This document shows, piece by piece, positions 26,915 through 36,266 of a DNA stretch of 64,000 bases. Each line of letters opens with the position of its first letter. Position 1 is the first letter of the stretch. Source of the DNA: Candidatus Falkowbacteria bacterium. Its GTDB lineage: Bacteria; Patescibacteriota; Patescibacteriia; CAIXNZ01. Below the pieces are notes generated by a model, which worked only from the letters and a program-made list of their open reading frames with translations, had not been told where the DNA came from and did not search any database. The stretch spans positions 383,779 to 447,778 of the forward strand of contig CAVZGV010000004.1 of NCBI GenBank assembly GCA_963774955.1. The letters are read 5' to 3'. The position numbers and the translations under genes were made by a program.

Positions 26915-27307
26915 TTAGATTTTATAAATATCAGCTTCGGGATTTTGCCTTGAGCGATTTACCAGAAAATAGAGGCCAATTTGAGGAATTTTACTGAGCT
27001 CAGGTACTTCCACGTTATTGACTGTAATGACAAGTTTTGATTTGTGGCACTGGGGACAGGACACATTTTTCCAGATGCGGCCGCTAAGATTAAATTTTCG
27101 GGGGGAATCTTCAAAACCGCAATTTTGGCATTTAAATTTTATATAATATTTTTGAGTTTCTTGATTAGGCATAGATGTTATTTTACACTTTAATTTTAGC
27201 GAAAAATCAAGGAAAAGTCCATCAGGGTCGGCTTTTTCAACCAAAATAAAAACCCCTCGATAAAAGGGATTTTTATTATATTCGGGGCGGAGAGATTTGT
27301 CCGCCAA
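26915..27307 (-). CDS. Hypothetical zinc-ribbon protein (CQNCG...CPQCH); start uncertain (27307 or the internal Met at ~27172)
   Basis: The 5' end of the long ORF overlaps the tRNA-associated hairpin element, so the shorter form may be the real one. Confidence 0.4.
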   Translation of the reverse strand: MADKSLRPEYNKNPFYRGVFILVEKADPDGLFLDFSLKLKCKITSMPNQETQKYYIKFKCQNCGFEDSPRKFNLSGRIWKNVSCPQCHKSKLVITVNNVEVPELSKIPQIGLYFLVNRSRQNPEADIYKI

Positions 27308-27335
27308 AGGCGGATCCGCCGCCGGCGGAAACTTA
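27283..27335 (-). repeat. tRNA-Pro-associated element (second copy): twin GC hairpins plus a partial copy of the tRNA-Pro(GGG) 3' end
   Basis: Read on the minus strand: GTTTCCGCCGGCGGCGGATCCGCCTTTGGCGGACAAATCTCTCCGCCCCG, where the tRNA 3' end is ..CAAATCCTCTCGCCCCG. Confidence 0.5.
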
Positions 27336-27348
27336 TTATTTATAATAT

Positions 27349-27422
27349 CGGGGCGAGAGGATTTGAACCTCCGATCTTCGGACCCCCAGCCCGACGCCTT
27401 AGACCAACTGGGCCACGCCCCG
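27349..27422 (-). tRNA. tRNA-Pro (anticodon GGG)
   Basis: Reverse complement: CGGGGCG-TG-GCCC..GGC-G-TCGGG-CTGGGGG-TCCGA-AGATC-GGAGG-TTCAAAT-CCTCT-CGCCCCG. No CCA is encoded. Confidence 0.8.
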
Positions 27423-27658
27423 TGATATATTCTCAGTTTTGTTATTTGGCGTTGCAGTTGGTCTACAGTCCATAAAATTAATACATCCCTAACTGCTTGC
27501 CTGCCGAAGCATCAAGTGCGAAGGCAGGGGCCACGCCCCGTGATATATTCTCAGTTTTGTTATTTGGCGTTGCAGTTGGTCTACAGTCCATAAAATTAAT
27601 ACATCCCTAACTGCTTGCCTGCCGAAGCATCAAGTGCGTAGGCAGGGGCCACGCCCCG
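27423..27658. repeat. 2 x 118-bp tandem direct repeat immediately 5' of tRNA-Pro(GGG), each unit ending in a copy of the tRNA 5'-terminal 13 nt
   Basis: Units 27423-27540 and 27541-27658 are identical apart from one mismatch (gcgaagg vs gcgtagg). The unit contains the hairpins cctgcc..ggcagg and gcagttgg..ccaactgc. Confidence 0.85.
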
Positions 27659-27785
27659 TTAGATTCGTTTATCGCCTGTTTGCAGGCGGTTTTTTCGGTT
27701 TCGATGCTGTATCGTTTAGCGGTTATCGTTAATCGTGATATTTTAATATTACTTTAGAGTAGTTTAAAAATCAACCGTTATGAAC

Positions 27786-27816
27786 CAAAAAACTCCGCGT
27801 CGCGGAGTTTTTTGTA
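27786..27816. terminator. Rho-independent terminator (downstream of the minus-strand small zinc-ribbon gene)
   Basis: aaaaaactccgcg-tcgcggagtttttt. Confidence 0.55.
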
Positions 27817-27827
27817 TGAGAACAGTT

Positions 27828-27972
27828 ATTTAGCTGCGCCGATTTTAAACATTTTGGTGCCGCAGACTGGGCAGATGCCTGTTACAGCCGGTCTGCCATT
27901 TTTCATCTTGATTTCCTGAGCATCTTTCATTTCTCTTTTAGCTTTGCACTTAACACAATAGGCTTCGGTCAT
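27828..27972 (-). CDS. Small zinc-ribbon protein (47 aa, MTEAYCVKCKAKREMKDAQEIKMKNGRPAVTGICPVCGTKMFKIGAAK)
   Basis: C4 zinc-ribbon protein. Below the ORF-track length cut-off. Confidence 0.5.
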
Positions 27973-28038
27973 AAAAATTTTTTGAGTTAATAATTATCCT
28001 TAATTAAATTATACCTAAAATTAGGCAAAAATGCAAAT

Positions 28039-28218
28039 TTAGGCTTTGGCTTGCTTGTTTTGAGTGCGCATGCAGCTGGTGCAGATTTTAGTTTTTTTGC
28101 CGTCAATTTTTTTTGACTGCAGGTTTAAATATTTTTTTGTCAGGGTCTTTACGTTTGAATGGCTTCGGCTGGCGCTGCTTAAAGGCCCGCGGTCGCAGAT
28201 TTCACAAGTTCGTGACAT
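28039..28218 (-). CDS. rpmB: 50S ribosomal protein L28
   Basis: Reverse-strand translation MSRTCEICDRGPLSSASRSHSNVKTLTKKYLNLQSKKIDGKKTKICTSCMRTQNKQAKA matches the L28 pattern (MSR.C.ICGKGP..G..VSH.N.KT.R...PNLQ). Confidence 0.7.
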   Translation of the reverse strand: MSRTCEICDRGPLSSASRSHSNVKTLTKKYLNLQSKKIDGKKTKICTSCMRTQNKQAKA

Positions 28219-28312
28219 AATGGTAATATTAGTATATTAGGCATTGGGCCTTGATTATTATAGCCCATGGCTTATATGATAACCTATGTAATTAAAATAA
28301 TCAAGCTTTGAT

Positions 28313-28945
28313 ATGGATTTAAATCCAATCTTTCTAATTGTTAATTTTGTTGCTTTTTTCTTGGCTTTGACTGTCCATGAGTTTAGCCATGCCCTTTCGG
28401 CTTATTATTTAGGGGATAAAACGGCTCAGGATGCCGGGCGTTTAACTTTAAACCCGTTAGCCCATATTGATCTGTTCGGCACCGTCATTTTACCCTTATT
28501 ATTGATATTAAGTAATGCTGGTCTGGTTTTTGGCTGGGCCAAGCCAGTACCGGTTAATTTTTATAATTTAAAAGATCAAAAATGGGGACCGGCTTTAGTT
28601 TCTTTGGCCGGGCCGACTGCTAATTTAGTTTTTTGTATTATTAGCATAATACTCTTCCGTTTGCTGGAAAGTTATACCAGCTTAGGCTCAGCTAATTTGT
28701 TGGTAAATTTTGTCTTTATGTTGATTTTAGTAAATATGGTGTTAATGGTTTTTAATTTAATCCCTATCCCGCCGCTTGACGGTTCCAAAATATTATTTGC
28801 GATTTTGCCTGATAAATATGATGGCTTGAAGTTTTTCTTAGAAAGAAATGGTTTGATGATTTTGTTATTTTTAATTATTATGGGTGGAGGGCTTTTAGAA
28901 TTAGTTTATTCTTTCTTTTTTAATATCATAAACTTTTTTATATAG
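28313..28945 (+). CDS. Site-2 protease family zinc metalloprotease (M50-like)
   Basis: HEFSHAL (HExxH) within a TM helix, multiple TM segments, 210 aa. Confidence 0.65.
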   Translation: MDLNPIFLIVNFVAFFLALTVHEFSHALSAYYLGDKTAQDAGRLTLNPLAHIDLFGTVILPLLLILSNAGLVFGWAKPVPVNFYNLKDQKWGPALVSLAGPTANLVFCIISIILFRLLESYTSLGSANLLVNFVFMLILVNMVLMVFNLIPIPPLDGSKILFAILPDKYDGLKFFLERNGLMILLFLIIMGGGLLELVYSFFFNIINFFI

Positions 28946-28987
28946 TTTTGCAGAAAAACTCGATTTTTAGCTAAAATATGGGCTCTC

Positions 28988-29016
28988 TTGACAATAAACG
29001 TATTAAAGTATAAAAT
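28988..29016 (+). promoter_or_regulatory. Sigma70-like promoter of the str operon (TTGACA - 17 nt - TAAAAT)
   Basis: ttgaca at 28988-28993 and taaaat at 29011-29016, about 80 nt upstream of rpsL. Confidence 0.5.
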
Positions 29017-29098
29017 AAAATTACAATTTATTCGAGTTGCAAATTAGTTGAGTTATTAACTAATTATAATTTTAGAAAATTATAATTTTTTATTTATT

Positions 29099-29524
29099 AT
29101 GCCAACCATTAATCAATTAGTCAGAAAAAACAGGAAAGTAACCAAAAAGAAAACCAAAACTCCGGCTTTGGAAAGTGTTTATAATACTATTAGAAGGAAA
29201 AGCAAGTCTTTGTCTGGAGGTAACCCATTCAAGCGCGGTGTTTGCCTTAAAGTAACGACTATTACACCTAAAAAGCCGAACTCAGCCTTACGTAAAATCG
29301 CCAGGGTCAGATTATCTAACGGTATGGAAGTTACCGCGTATATTCCAGGCGAAGGTCATAATCTGCAGGAACACTCTATAGTCATGCTTCGGGGTGGTAG
29401 AGTCAAAGATTTGCCAGGTGTCCGCTATCACATTGTTCGCGGCCGTTATGACACCCAAGGTGTGGAAAATCGACGCAAAAGCCGTTCACTTTACGGTCAA
29501 AAACGACCTAAAGATAAAAAATAG
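29099..29524 (+). CDS. rpsL: 30S ribosomal protein S12
   Basis: [25 protein letters not shown]. Confidence 0.9.
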   Translation: MPTINQLVRKNRKVTKKKTKTPALESVYNTIRRKSKSLSGGNPFKRGVCLKVTTITPKKPNSALRKIARVRLSNGMEVTAYIPGEGHNLQEHSIVMLRGGRVKDLPGVRYHIVRGRYDTQGVENRRKSRSLYGQKRPKDKK

Positions 29525-29649
29525 AACCACGAATAAATATAAGATTGTATAGGTTGTAATGTTTAAAATATCCTTGTAATCCGTGATTCAGAGCAACCTT
29601 ATATAACCTAATTTAATTTCATAAAAAATTATATAAAACTTATAATCAT

Positions 29650-30120
29650 ATGAGAGGTAAGCAAGCACCTAAAAGACATACACAACCTGATGCCAAGTTT
29701 AATAATGCGCAGATTGGTAAATTCATTAGCTACTTAATGCGCAGAGGTAAAAAATCTACTGCTCAAAATATTGTTTATGATTGTTTTGATAATATTTCGG
29801 AGAAAACCAAGCAGGATCCCTTGGAAGTTTTTGATGCTGCTATAAAAAATGTCGGCCCTTCTCTGGAAGTCAAAGGCCGTAGAATTGGTGGCGCCAACTA
29901 TCAGATTCCTTTCCCGGTAAAAACTGAAAGACGATACCAATTAGCTTGTCGTTGGGTTATTATTGCGGCGCAAAAAAGAAAAGGGCGATCTATGGCTGAT
30001 AAATTAGCCATGGAAATCGTTGATGCGGCCAATAGCCAGGGTGAAGCCTTTAAGAAAAAGGTTGATGCGCATAGAATGGCTGAAGCTAATCGTGCTTTTG
30101 CCCACTTTGCCCGATATTAA
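29650..30120 (+). CDS. rpsG: 30S ribosomal protein S7
   Basis: Canonical S7 sequence, 156 aa. Confidence 0.9.
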   Translation: MRGKQAPKRHTQPDAKFNNAQIGKFISYLMRRGKKSTAQNIVYDCFDNISEKTKQDPLEVFDAAIKNVGPSLEVKGRRIGGANYQIPFPVKTERRYQLACRWVIIAAQKRKGRSMADKLAMEIVDAANSQGEAFKKKVDAHRMAEANRAFAHFARY

Positions 30121-30183
30121 TTTTAAAATTCAATTTAATAAATTTTGGAATTTTTATTTTTACTTTTTAATTTATTTTGATTT

Positions 30184-32269
30184 ATGCCCCGTGAGTATAC
30201 ACTAGAAAAAACAAGAAATATCGGCATTATGGCCCATATTGACGCTGGTAAAACAACGGTTACCGAGCGTGTTTTATTTTATACCGGTAAAAAACATAAA
30301 ATTGGTGAAGTTCATGAAGGGGCTGCTGAAATGGATTGGATGGAACAGGAAAAAGAAAGAGGCATTACCATTACTGCCGCTGCTACTACTTGTTTTTGGA
30401 AAGATCACCGTATTAATATCATTGATACTCCCGGTCACGTTGATTTTACGGTAGAAGTCGAAAGGTCATTGCGCGTTTTAGACGGTGCAGTGGCGGTTTT
30501 TGACGGTTCTCAGGGTGTAGAACCTCAATCAGAAACAGTTTGGCATCAGGCAGCCAAATATGATGTTCCCAGGATTGCTTTTGTAAATAAAATGGATAAA
30601 ATGGGAGCAGATTTTTATATGACGTTTGGATTCAATTGCTGAACGTTTGTCAACTCATGCTGCGGCAGTGCAATTGCCTATCGGTGCTGAAGAAACTTTC
30701 TGTGGTCTGGTTGATTTATTAGATCGTCAAGGCTTATAAATTTGAAGGTGAATATGGCCAAAATGTTATAGAAATATCAATCCCGGAAGATATGAAAGAT
30801 AAGGTAGAAAAATACCGCAAAATTTTACTGGAAAAAGTTGCGGAAAATGATGAGGATATGATGAATAAATATTTAGCCGGACGAAGAATTGGATATTGAT
30901 CAGATTACGTCAGGTAATGCGTAAAGCTACAATATCTAATGATTTTCATCCGGTTTTGTGCGGTTCAGCTTTGAAAAATATCGGTGTACAACGAATGCTT
31001 GATGCGGTGGTATGCTTATTTACCATCACCGCTTGATGTACCTCCGATTATAGGTAAAAATCCTGATACAGGCAATGAGGAAAAAAGAGAAAGCTACTGA
31101 TGAAGCGCCTTTTGCCGCACTTGCCTTTAAATTAGCCACTGATCCTTTTGTCGGTAAATTAGTCTTTTTTCGTGTTTATTCGGGCAGTCTAAAAGCAGGT
31201 TCTTATGTTTTAAATACCAAGACAGGAAATAAAGAAAGAATTGGTCGTATTGTACGCTTGCATGCTAATTCCCGAGAAGATGTTGATGAGGTTTTTTCCG
31301 GAGAAATTGCAGCAGCTATTGGTTTGAAAAATACTGTAACGGGCAATACTTTGTGCGATGAAAAATACCCTGATAATTTTGGAAGAAATTATTTTTCCGG
31401 AACCGGTTATTTCCGTGGCGATTGAACCAAAAACCAAGGCTGACCAGGAAAAAATGGGCATGGCTATGCAGAAATTGGCCGAAGAAGATCCGACTTTTAA
31501 GATTCACACTGATGAGGAAACCTTACAGACTATTATTTCCGGTATGGGCGAATTACATTTGGATATTATTGTTGACCGTATGAAAAGAGAATTTAAAGTT
31601 GAAGCCAATGTCGGTGCGCCTCAGGTTGCTTATAAAGAAACCATCAAAGGTGGCGGCTGAAGGCGAAGGTAAATATATCAAACAGTCAGGTGGTCGTGGT
31701 CAATATGGTCATTGTTGGTTAAAAGTTGAACCGCGTGATCGAGGTGAAGGCTTTGAATTTGTTGATGAAATTAAAGGCGGCGTTATTCCCCGGGAATTTA
31801 TTCCTGCCGATTGAAAAAGGTGTTAAAGAATCTTTAACTAAAGGTATTTTGGCCGGTTATCCGGTTGTTGATATTAAAGGCTACTGTATATGACGGTTCT
31901 TATCATGACGTTGATTCTTCTGAAGTAGCTTTTAAAATTGCCGGTTCTATGGCTTTTTTTGAAGCCGCCAGAAAGGCTAAGCCAATTATCTTGGAACCGA
32001 TTATGAAGATTGAAGTAACTACCCCGGAGCAATTTATGGGTGATGTTATTGGTGATTTGAATTCCAAACGCGCTCAGATTTCTCAAATGACCGAGAAAGT
32101 TAAATTAAAGGTAATTGACGGTTTAGTTCCTCTTTCAGAAATGTTTGGTTATGCCACCTCTTTAAGGTCTTTGACTCAGGGACGTGCAAATTATGCCATG
32201 GAATTTGATCATTATCAGGAAGTTCCATCTAATGTTGCGCAAAAGATTATTGAAGGAAAAAAGAAATAA
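30184..32269 (+). pseudogene. fusA: Elongation factor G with at least 8 frameshifts between ~30620 and ~31870 (N-terminal G domain and C-terminal domains intact)
   Basis: ORF-track pieces 30184-30642, 31075-31425, 31358-31660, 31599-31814 and 31865-32269 are all EF-G in different frames. Manual translation of 30640-31075 gives further EF-G segments ([120 protein letters not shown]), each in a shifted frame. Confidence 0.85.
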
Positions 32270-32293
32270 TATATAATTATCATTTTATAAACA

Positions 32294-32325
32294 AAAACAC
32301 CCCGTATAAGGGGTGTTTTTGTTTA
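32294..32325 (+). terminator. Rho-independent terminator after fusA
   Basis: aaaaacacccc-gtataa-ggggtgtttttgttt. Confidence 0.6.
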
Positions 32326-32477
32326 TTGCCTTGGTTATTCCTAGGTCATAATTTTTGCAAGCGGGTATCAGAGGTGTTTAGTCAATATAATTGTGGTTTA
32401 ACATTCTCTTCTTTAATATTTTAACTAAAGTAATTATATTTGATTGTTAATAATAAGTGTATAACTCTGGGGACTAG

Positions 32478-32536
32478 TATGTAGATAACCATGTGTAAAA
32501 CTATGTGGGTAAATATGTGCAAAATTTGTCTATAAT
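32478..32536 (+). promoter_or_regulatory. Four phased 12-nt direct repeats (ATGTrnnTAAAy; weak DnaA-box-like TGTGGGTAA) abutting a TATAAT -10 element
   Basis: atgtagataacc / atgtgtaaaact / atgtgggtaaat / atgtgcaaaatt, then tgtctataat. Confidence 0.35.
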
Positions 32537-32844
32537 TAGCTAAAAATGGACTTGACGCTATTTGGGGTATAAGTTATTATAAGCATACGAACCCTACTTG
32601 ATTACGAGTTAAGTATCATTTTCTCAAATTTTTTGAGATGGGTACTTAGTTCAGTGTCTAAAGCGGGGTTTTTTTGTTGTCATAAAAAAATTGCAAGATA
32701 TATGGGATTTGAAAAGGAAACGCTACACTGTTTCCTTTTTATGTTGTCACCCGGGCTTAAAGGGAGGTAACTAAAGATGGTTAAAGGTTTTAAAGGATAT
32801 TGGAAGATCAAAGAAGCAACATTTAAAAAAGGAGGTGTTCTAAA

Positions 32845-33723
32845 ATGGAAGCGAAAAAGCTGGTGATGAATAATCAGATTCCTCGAGATTTTGATCTCTT
32901 GGATCCGGAAACTCGGCAACTGGCTTTAGCGATCGGCGGGCGCAAAGTTAATGGCACCAATTTTCATTTGGGTCATTTGGCCAAGAACTTAAAACGTTCT
33001 GAAGTCGCAGTCTGGGCAGCCAGACGAGTGATCCGTAGCGAGGCCATCGGTATCAACTGGGAACATCTTCTTGATGATATCGTTGAAACTTGTCTCAAGG
33101 AGTTCCACTATGAAACCTATCGTCATTTAAAGCGCATGCACGGGATTATGGCAGAAGAATTGAAGTACTTGCAACATCATCAGCCGGCGCAGATGGATGA
33201 TCGCGGCATCAAAGAGTTCCGAGAGATGGAGCATTTTCCTCTGGGTGAGGAAGAACAAGCTCAGATGAAATGGGCTTCTTCATTCCACGATATCTGTCGC
33301 ATGAGTTACAAGGTTTCTTACTGGAAGAAGAAAGGGAAATTTACTCCCTTGCAAAGAAAACAACTTGATTTTCATGCTCGGAACTTCTTTTTCCTGGGAC
33401 AATTGTTTAATGTTTACCAGGAAGTCATTGCCTTGTCAGTCTTGCATCACTATCCCAATAAAGGCTATCCTGACAACGGAATTATCGCTAAGTTAACGCC
33501 TTTTTTGGCGCAGCCTAAATTCCAGTACATGTTGAATTGGCTGGTTACCAACGACGTTTATACTGGTGCAACCGATGATCGAGGCTACCGAGATCAGCCA
33601 TACACCCATGAGCAGGCAATTGGCCAAACAATGCCTACTGAATTGGGTCCTGTTGGCATGGCTTGGGTACCGTTTATCGAAGCGATAAAACAACCAGGTG
33701 ACAAGGTGGTTTGCCCCGCTTAA
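32845..33723 (+). CDS. Hypothetical protein (292 aa), GC-richer, possible HD-type metal-dependent phosphohydrolase
   Basis: Consensus SD (aaaaaggaggtgttctaaaATG). H..H / HD / HH / D residues spaced as in HD-domain proteins (FHLGH, FHDICR, VLHHY, ATDD). GC about 47%. Inserted between fusA and tuf. Confidence 0.5.
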   Translation: MEAKKLVMNNQIPRDFDLLDPETRQLALAIGGRKVNGTNFHLGHLAKNLKRSEVAVWAARRVIRSEAIGINWEHLLDDIVETCLKEFHYETYRHLKRMHGIMAEELKYLQHHQPAQMDDRGIKEFREMEHFPLGEEEQAQMKWASSFHDICRMSYKVSYWKKKGKFTPLQRKQLDFHARNFFFLGQLFNVYQEVIALSVLHHYPNKGYPDNGIIAKLTPFLAQPKFQYMLNWLVTNDVYTGATDDRGYRDQPYTHEQAIGQTMPTELGPVGMAWVPFIEAIKQPGDKVVCPA

Positions 33724-33727
33724 CCAG

Positions 33728-33782
33728 TCAAGGGCCTCTCTTACTCGGACTTTAAGTCTGAGAGGAGAGGGCCCTTGACTTT
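33728..33782. terminator. Long perfect inverted repeat (bidirectional terminator-like)
   Basis: gtcaagggcctctc..ttactcggactttaagtctgagag..gagagggcccttgac. Confidence 0.5.
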
Positions 33783-33825
33783 CTTTTTAATTTAAGGTAA
33801 GTTATATATAGTTTTTTAAAAGATT

Positions 33826-33866
33826 TGCCCCGCAAAGTGGGGTCAGCCTTCGGCGGAAAACTTTTT
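33826..33866 (-). repeat. Third, more degenerate copy of the twin-hairpin element (no adjacent tRNA)
   Basis: Minus strand reads GTTTTCCGCCGAAGGCTGACCCCACTTTGCGGGGCAAATCT, the same architecture as the elements 3' of both tRNA-Pro genes. Confidence 0.4.
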
Positions 33867-33872
33867 TATTTT

Positions 33873-34196
33873 ATGAAGAATTTAAAAAGAATATTGGATC
33901 TGATTCGTAAAACAGGCGATAAATATATCTTCGAAGATGATAATGAGGGTATTTTTGTGGTCTTAGCTTTAGATGACTATGAAAATTATATTTTTAAGAA
34001 TAATCAGCTAAAGAATTTGTCTGAAGAGGAACTTTTAAATAAAATTAATAAGGATATCGCTATCTGGAAATCATCTCAAGAAGATAAAATTGTTGATCAG
34101 TCGTGGCAAGATTTGCCTGTTGAGGAAAATGAAAAAAAGCACTCGGTTGAAGATGAAGATCGTTATTATTTTGAGCCGGAAGAAGATGAAGATTAA
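33873..34196 (+). CDS. Hypothetical acidic protein (107 aa; MKNLKRILDL...EPEEDED)
   Basis: Start placed at the internal Met because the longer ORF from 33825 runs through the repeat element. Highly acidic C-terminus. Confidence 0.45.
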   Translation: MKNLKRILDLIRKTGDKYIFEDDNEGIFVVLALDDYENYIFKNNQLKNLSEEELLNKINKDIAIWKSSQEDKIVDQSWQDLPVEENEKKHSVEDEDRYYFEPEEDED

Positions 34197-34331
34197 AAAG
34201 ACTTGCCAAATGTTTAAATAGTGCTATAATTAGATATACATTTAAATAAATAAATAATTTTAATTAGGGAAGCGGCTGGATAAAACTCTGCCTCAATAAT
34301 GGTTAGAGGCCGACTCCAAGGAACTAAAAAA

Positions 34332-35522
34332 ATGGCAGCAGAAAAATTCGATCGATCAAAGCCCCATGTTAATGTTGGTACAATCGGCCATGTTGATCAT
34401 GGTAAAACCACTTTAACGGCGGCTATTTTAAATTATATCGGCGCTAAAGGCGGTAAAGCCCAGCAAAAAAGCGTTGATCAAATCGATGCAGCTCCTGAAG
34501 AAAAGGAACGCGGTATTACTATTGCTACTGCTCACGTGGAATATGAAACAGAAAAAAGACATTATGCTCACGTTGATTGCCCTGGTCATGCTGATTACAT
34601 CAAAAACATGATTACTGGCGCAGCTCAAATGGATGGCGCAATTTTGGTCGTGGCTGCAACTGACGGCCCTATGCCTCAGACTCGCGAACATATTTTATTA
34701 GCTTATCAGGTTGGCGTGCCTTCAATTGTTGTTTTCTTAAATAAATGTGATCAGGTTTCTGATCCAGAATTAATTAATTTGGTTGAGGAAGAAGTTAGAG
34801 ACCTTTTAAAGAAATATAAATATCCTGGAGACGAAATTCCGATTATCCGCGGTTCAGCCTTAAAGGCCTTGGAAGATCCTAAAGGTGAATCCGGCCAATG
34901 CATTCAACAACTTTTAGATGCCTTAGATAGTTATATTCCTGAACCAGTTAGACAAATTGATAAACCCTTCTTAATGCCAATAGAAGACGTGTTTTCAATT
35001 GAAGGTCGCGGCACAGTTGTGACCGGTAGAATTGAAAGAGGTATAATTAAAGTAACTGATGAAGTTGAAATAGTCGGCATTACGGCTACTCAAAAAACAG
35101 TAGTTACAGGGATTGAAATGTTTAATAAATCGTTAGACGAAGGTCGTGCTGGAGATAATGCCGGTATTTTATTGCGCGGTACTAAAAAAGAAGACGTGGA
35201 AAGAGGTCAGGTTATCGCTAAGCCAGGCTCTATTACTCCTCATACTGAATTTGAAGGTGAAACATATATTTTAACCAAAGAAGAAGGCGGTCGTCACAAA
35301 CCTTTTTTTAAAGGCTATAAACCCCAGTTTTATATTCGTACTACTGATGTAACTGGTGAAGTTGAAATTTTGGGCGGCGCAGAAATGGTTATGCCAGGCG
35401 ATACCATTCAATTAAAAGTTAAATTGATTGCTCCTGTTGCTTTGGAGGAAAAAATGAAATTTGCTATTAGAGAAGGCGGCAAAACCGTTGGTGCTGGCGT
35501 GATTACTAAGATTATTGCGTAA
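34332..35522 (+). CDS. tuf: Elongation factor Tu
   Basis: [44 protein letters not shown]. Confidence 0.95.
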   Translation: MAAEKFDRSKPHVNVGTIGHVDHGKTTLTAAILNYIGAKGGKAQQKSVDQIDAAPEEKERGITIATAHVEYETEKRHYAHVDCPGHADYIKNMITGAAQMDGAILVVAATDGPMPQTREHILLAYQVGVPSIVVFLNKCDQVSDPELINLVEEEVRDLLKKYKYPGDEIPIIRGSALKALEDPKGESGQCIQQLLDALDSYIPEPVRQIDKPFLMPIEDVFSIEGRGTVVTGRIERGIIKVTDEVEIVGITATQKTVVTGIEMFNKSLDEGRAGDNAGILLRGTKKEDVERGQVIAKPGSITPHTEFEGETYILTKEEGGRHKPFFKGYKPQFYIRTTDVTGEVEILGGAEMVMPGDTIQLKVKLIAPVALEEKMKFAIREGGKTVGAGVITKIIA

Positions 35523-35612
35523 TTATAAAGAATAAAACCCCGTTCCGTTTTAGTGGGACGGGATTTTATTCCGAAGTCAAGATTTACCTTAAAAATAATT
35601 AATTAAATTTTC

Positions 35613-35960
35613 ATGTCCAAGATTAAGATGGAAAAGACCAAAGAAACAAAAGAAGAACAACAAAAGATCAGGATAAAGATTAGAGCGTATGATCATAAGA
35701 TTATTGATCAGTCCGTAAAGACTATTTTGGATACAGCTATCAGAACAGGCGCTCAAATTTCCGGTCCTATCCCGTTGCCGGTTGAAAAGAAAAAATATAC
35801 TGTTCTAAGCTCGACTTTTGTTCACAAGAATGCCCGCGATCAGTATGAAATGAGGATTCATAAGCGCTTAATTGATATTATTGAGCCGACAGCCGCAACA
35901 GTTGAAGCTTTGACAAGTTTGAACTTGCCAGCAGGCGTTGATGTGGAAATCAAAATGTAA
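35613..35960 (+). CDS. rpsJ: 30S ribosomal protein S10 (N-terminally extended)
   Basis: [16 protein letters not shown] matches the S10 core. A K/E-rich N-terminal extension is present. Confidence 0.9.
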   Translation: MSKIKMEKTKETKEEQQKIRIKIRAYDHKIIDQSVKTILDTAIRTGAQISGPIPLPVEKKKYTVLSSTFVHKNARDQYEMRIHKRLIDIIEPTAATVEALTSLNLPAGVDVEIKM

Positions 35961-36266
35961 AATTTGACAGAATTCTTTGATTCCGCTAAAATACTAGCAA
36001 CATTATCAATCGCTGATTTTTTAAAATTAGCTTTGAAATTTGTAAAGAAAGCTTCTTGCCCGCTTTGCGGCTAGAAAAACCTTTATATTTTTCCAAAGTT
36101 AGCAAAGGAGAAATAACCATTTTCAACAATTAAATCCAGAGCAAAAGCAATAAATACTAGTTTTTTAGTATTTTAATCTGGATGTTTAGACCAGATTTTT
36201 TATTTCTCAAGAAAATGGTTTATGTCTTTTGATAAGTTTTAAGAATCGATCAAATTCATAATAAAT

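Noticed and set aside
27423-27658. Possible CRISPR array (regularly spaced repeats next to a tRNA)
   Set aside because: There are only two to three copies. The intervening sequence is itself duplicated (a 118-bp tandem duplication), with no unique spacers and no cas genes in the window.
31210-31507. Minus-strand ORFs 31210-31461 and 31316-31507 inside fusA
   Set aside because: They are antisense to EF-G coding sequence and have no supporting features.
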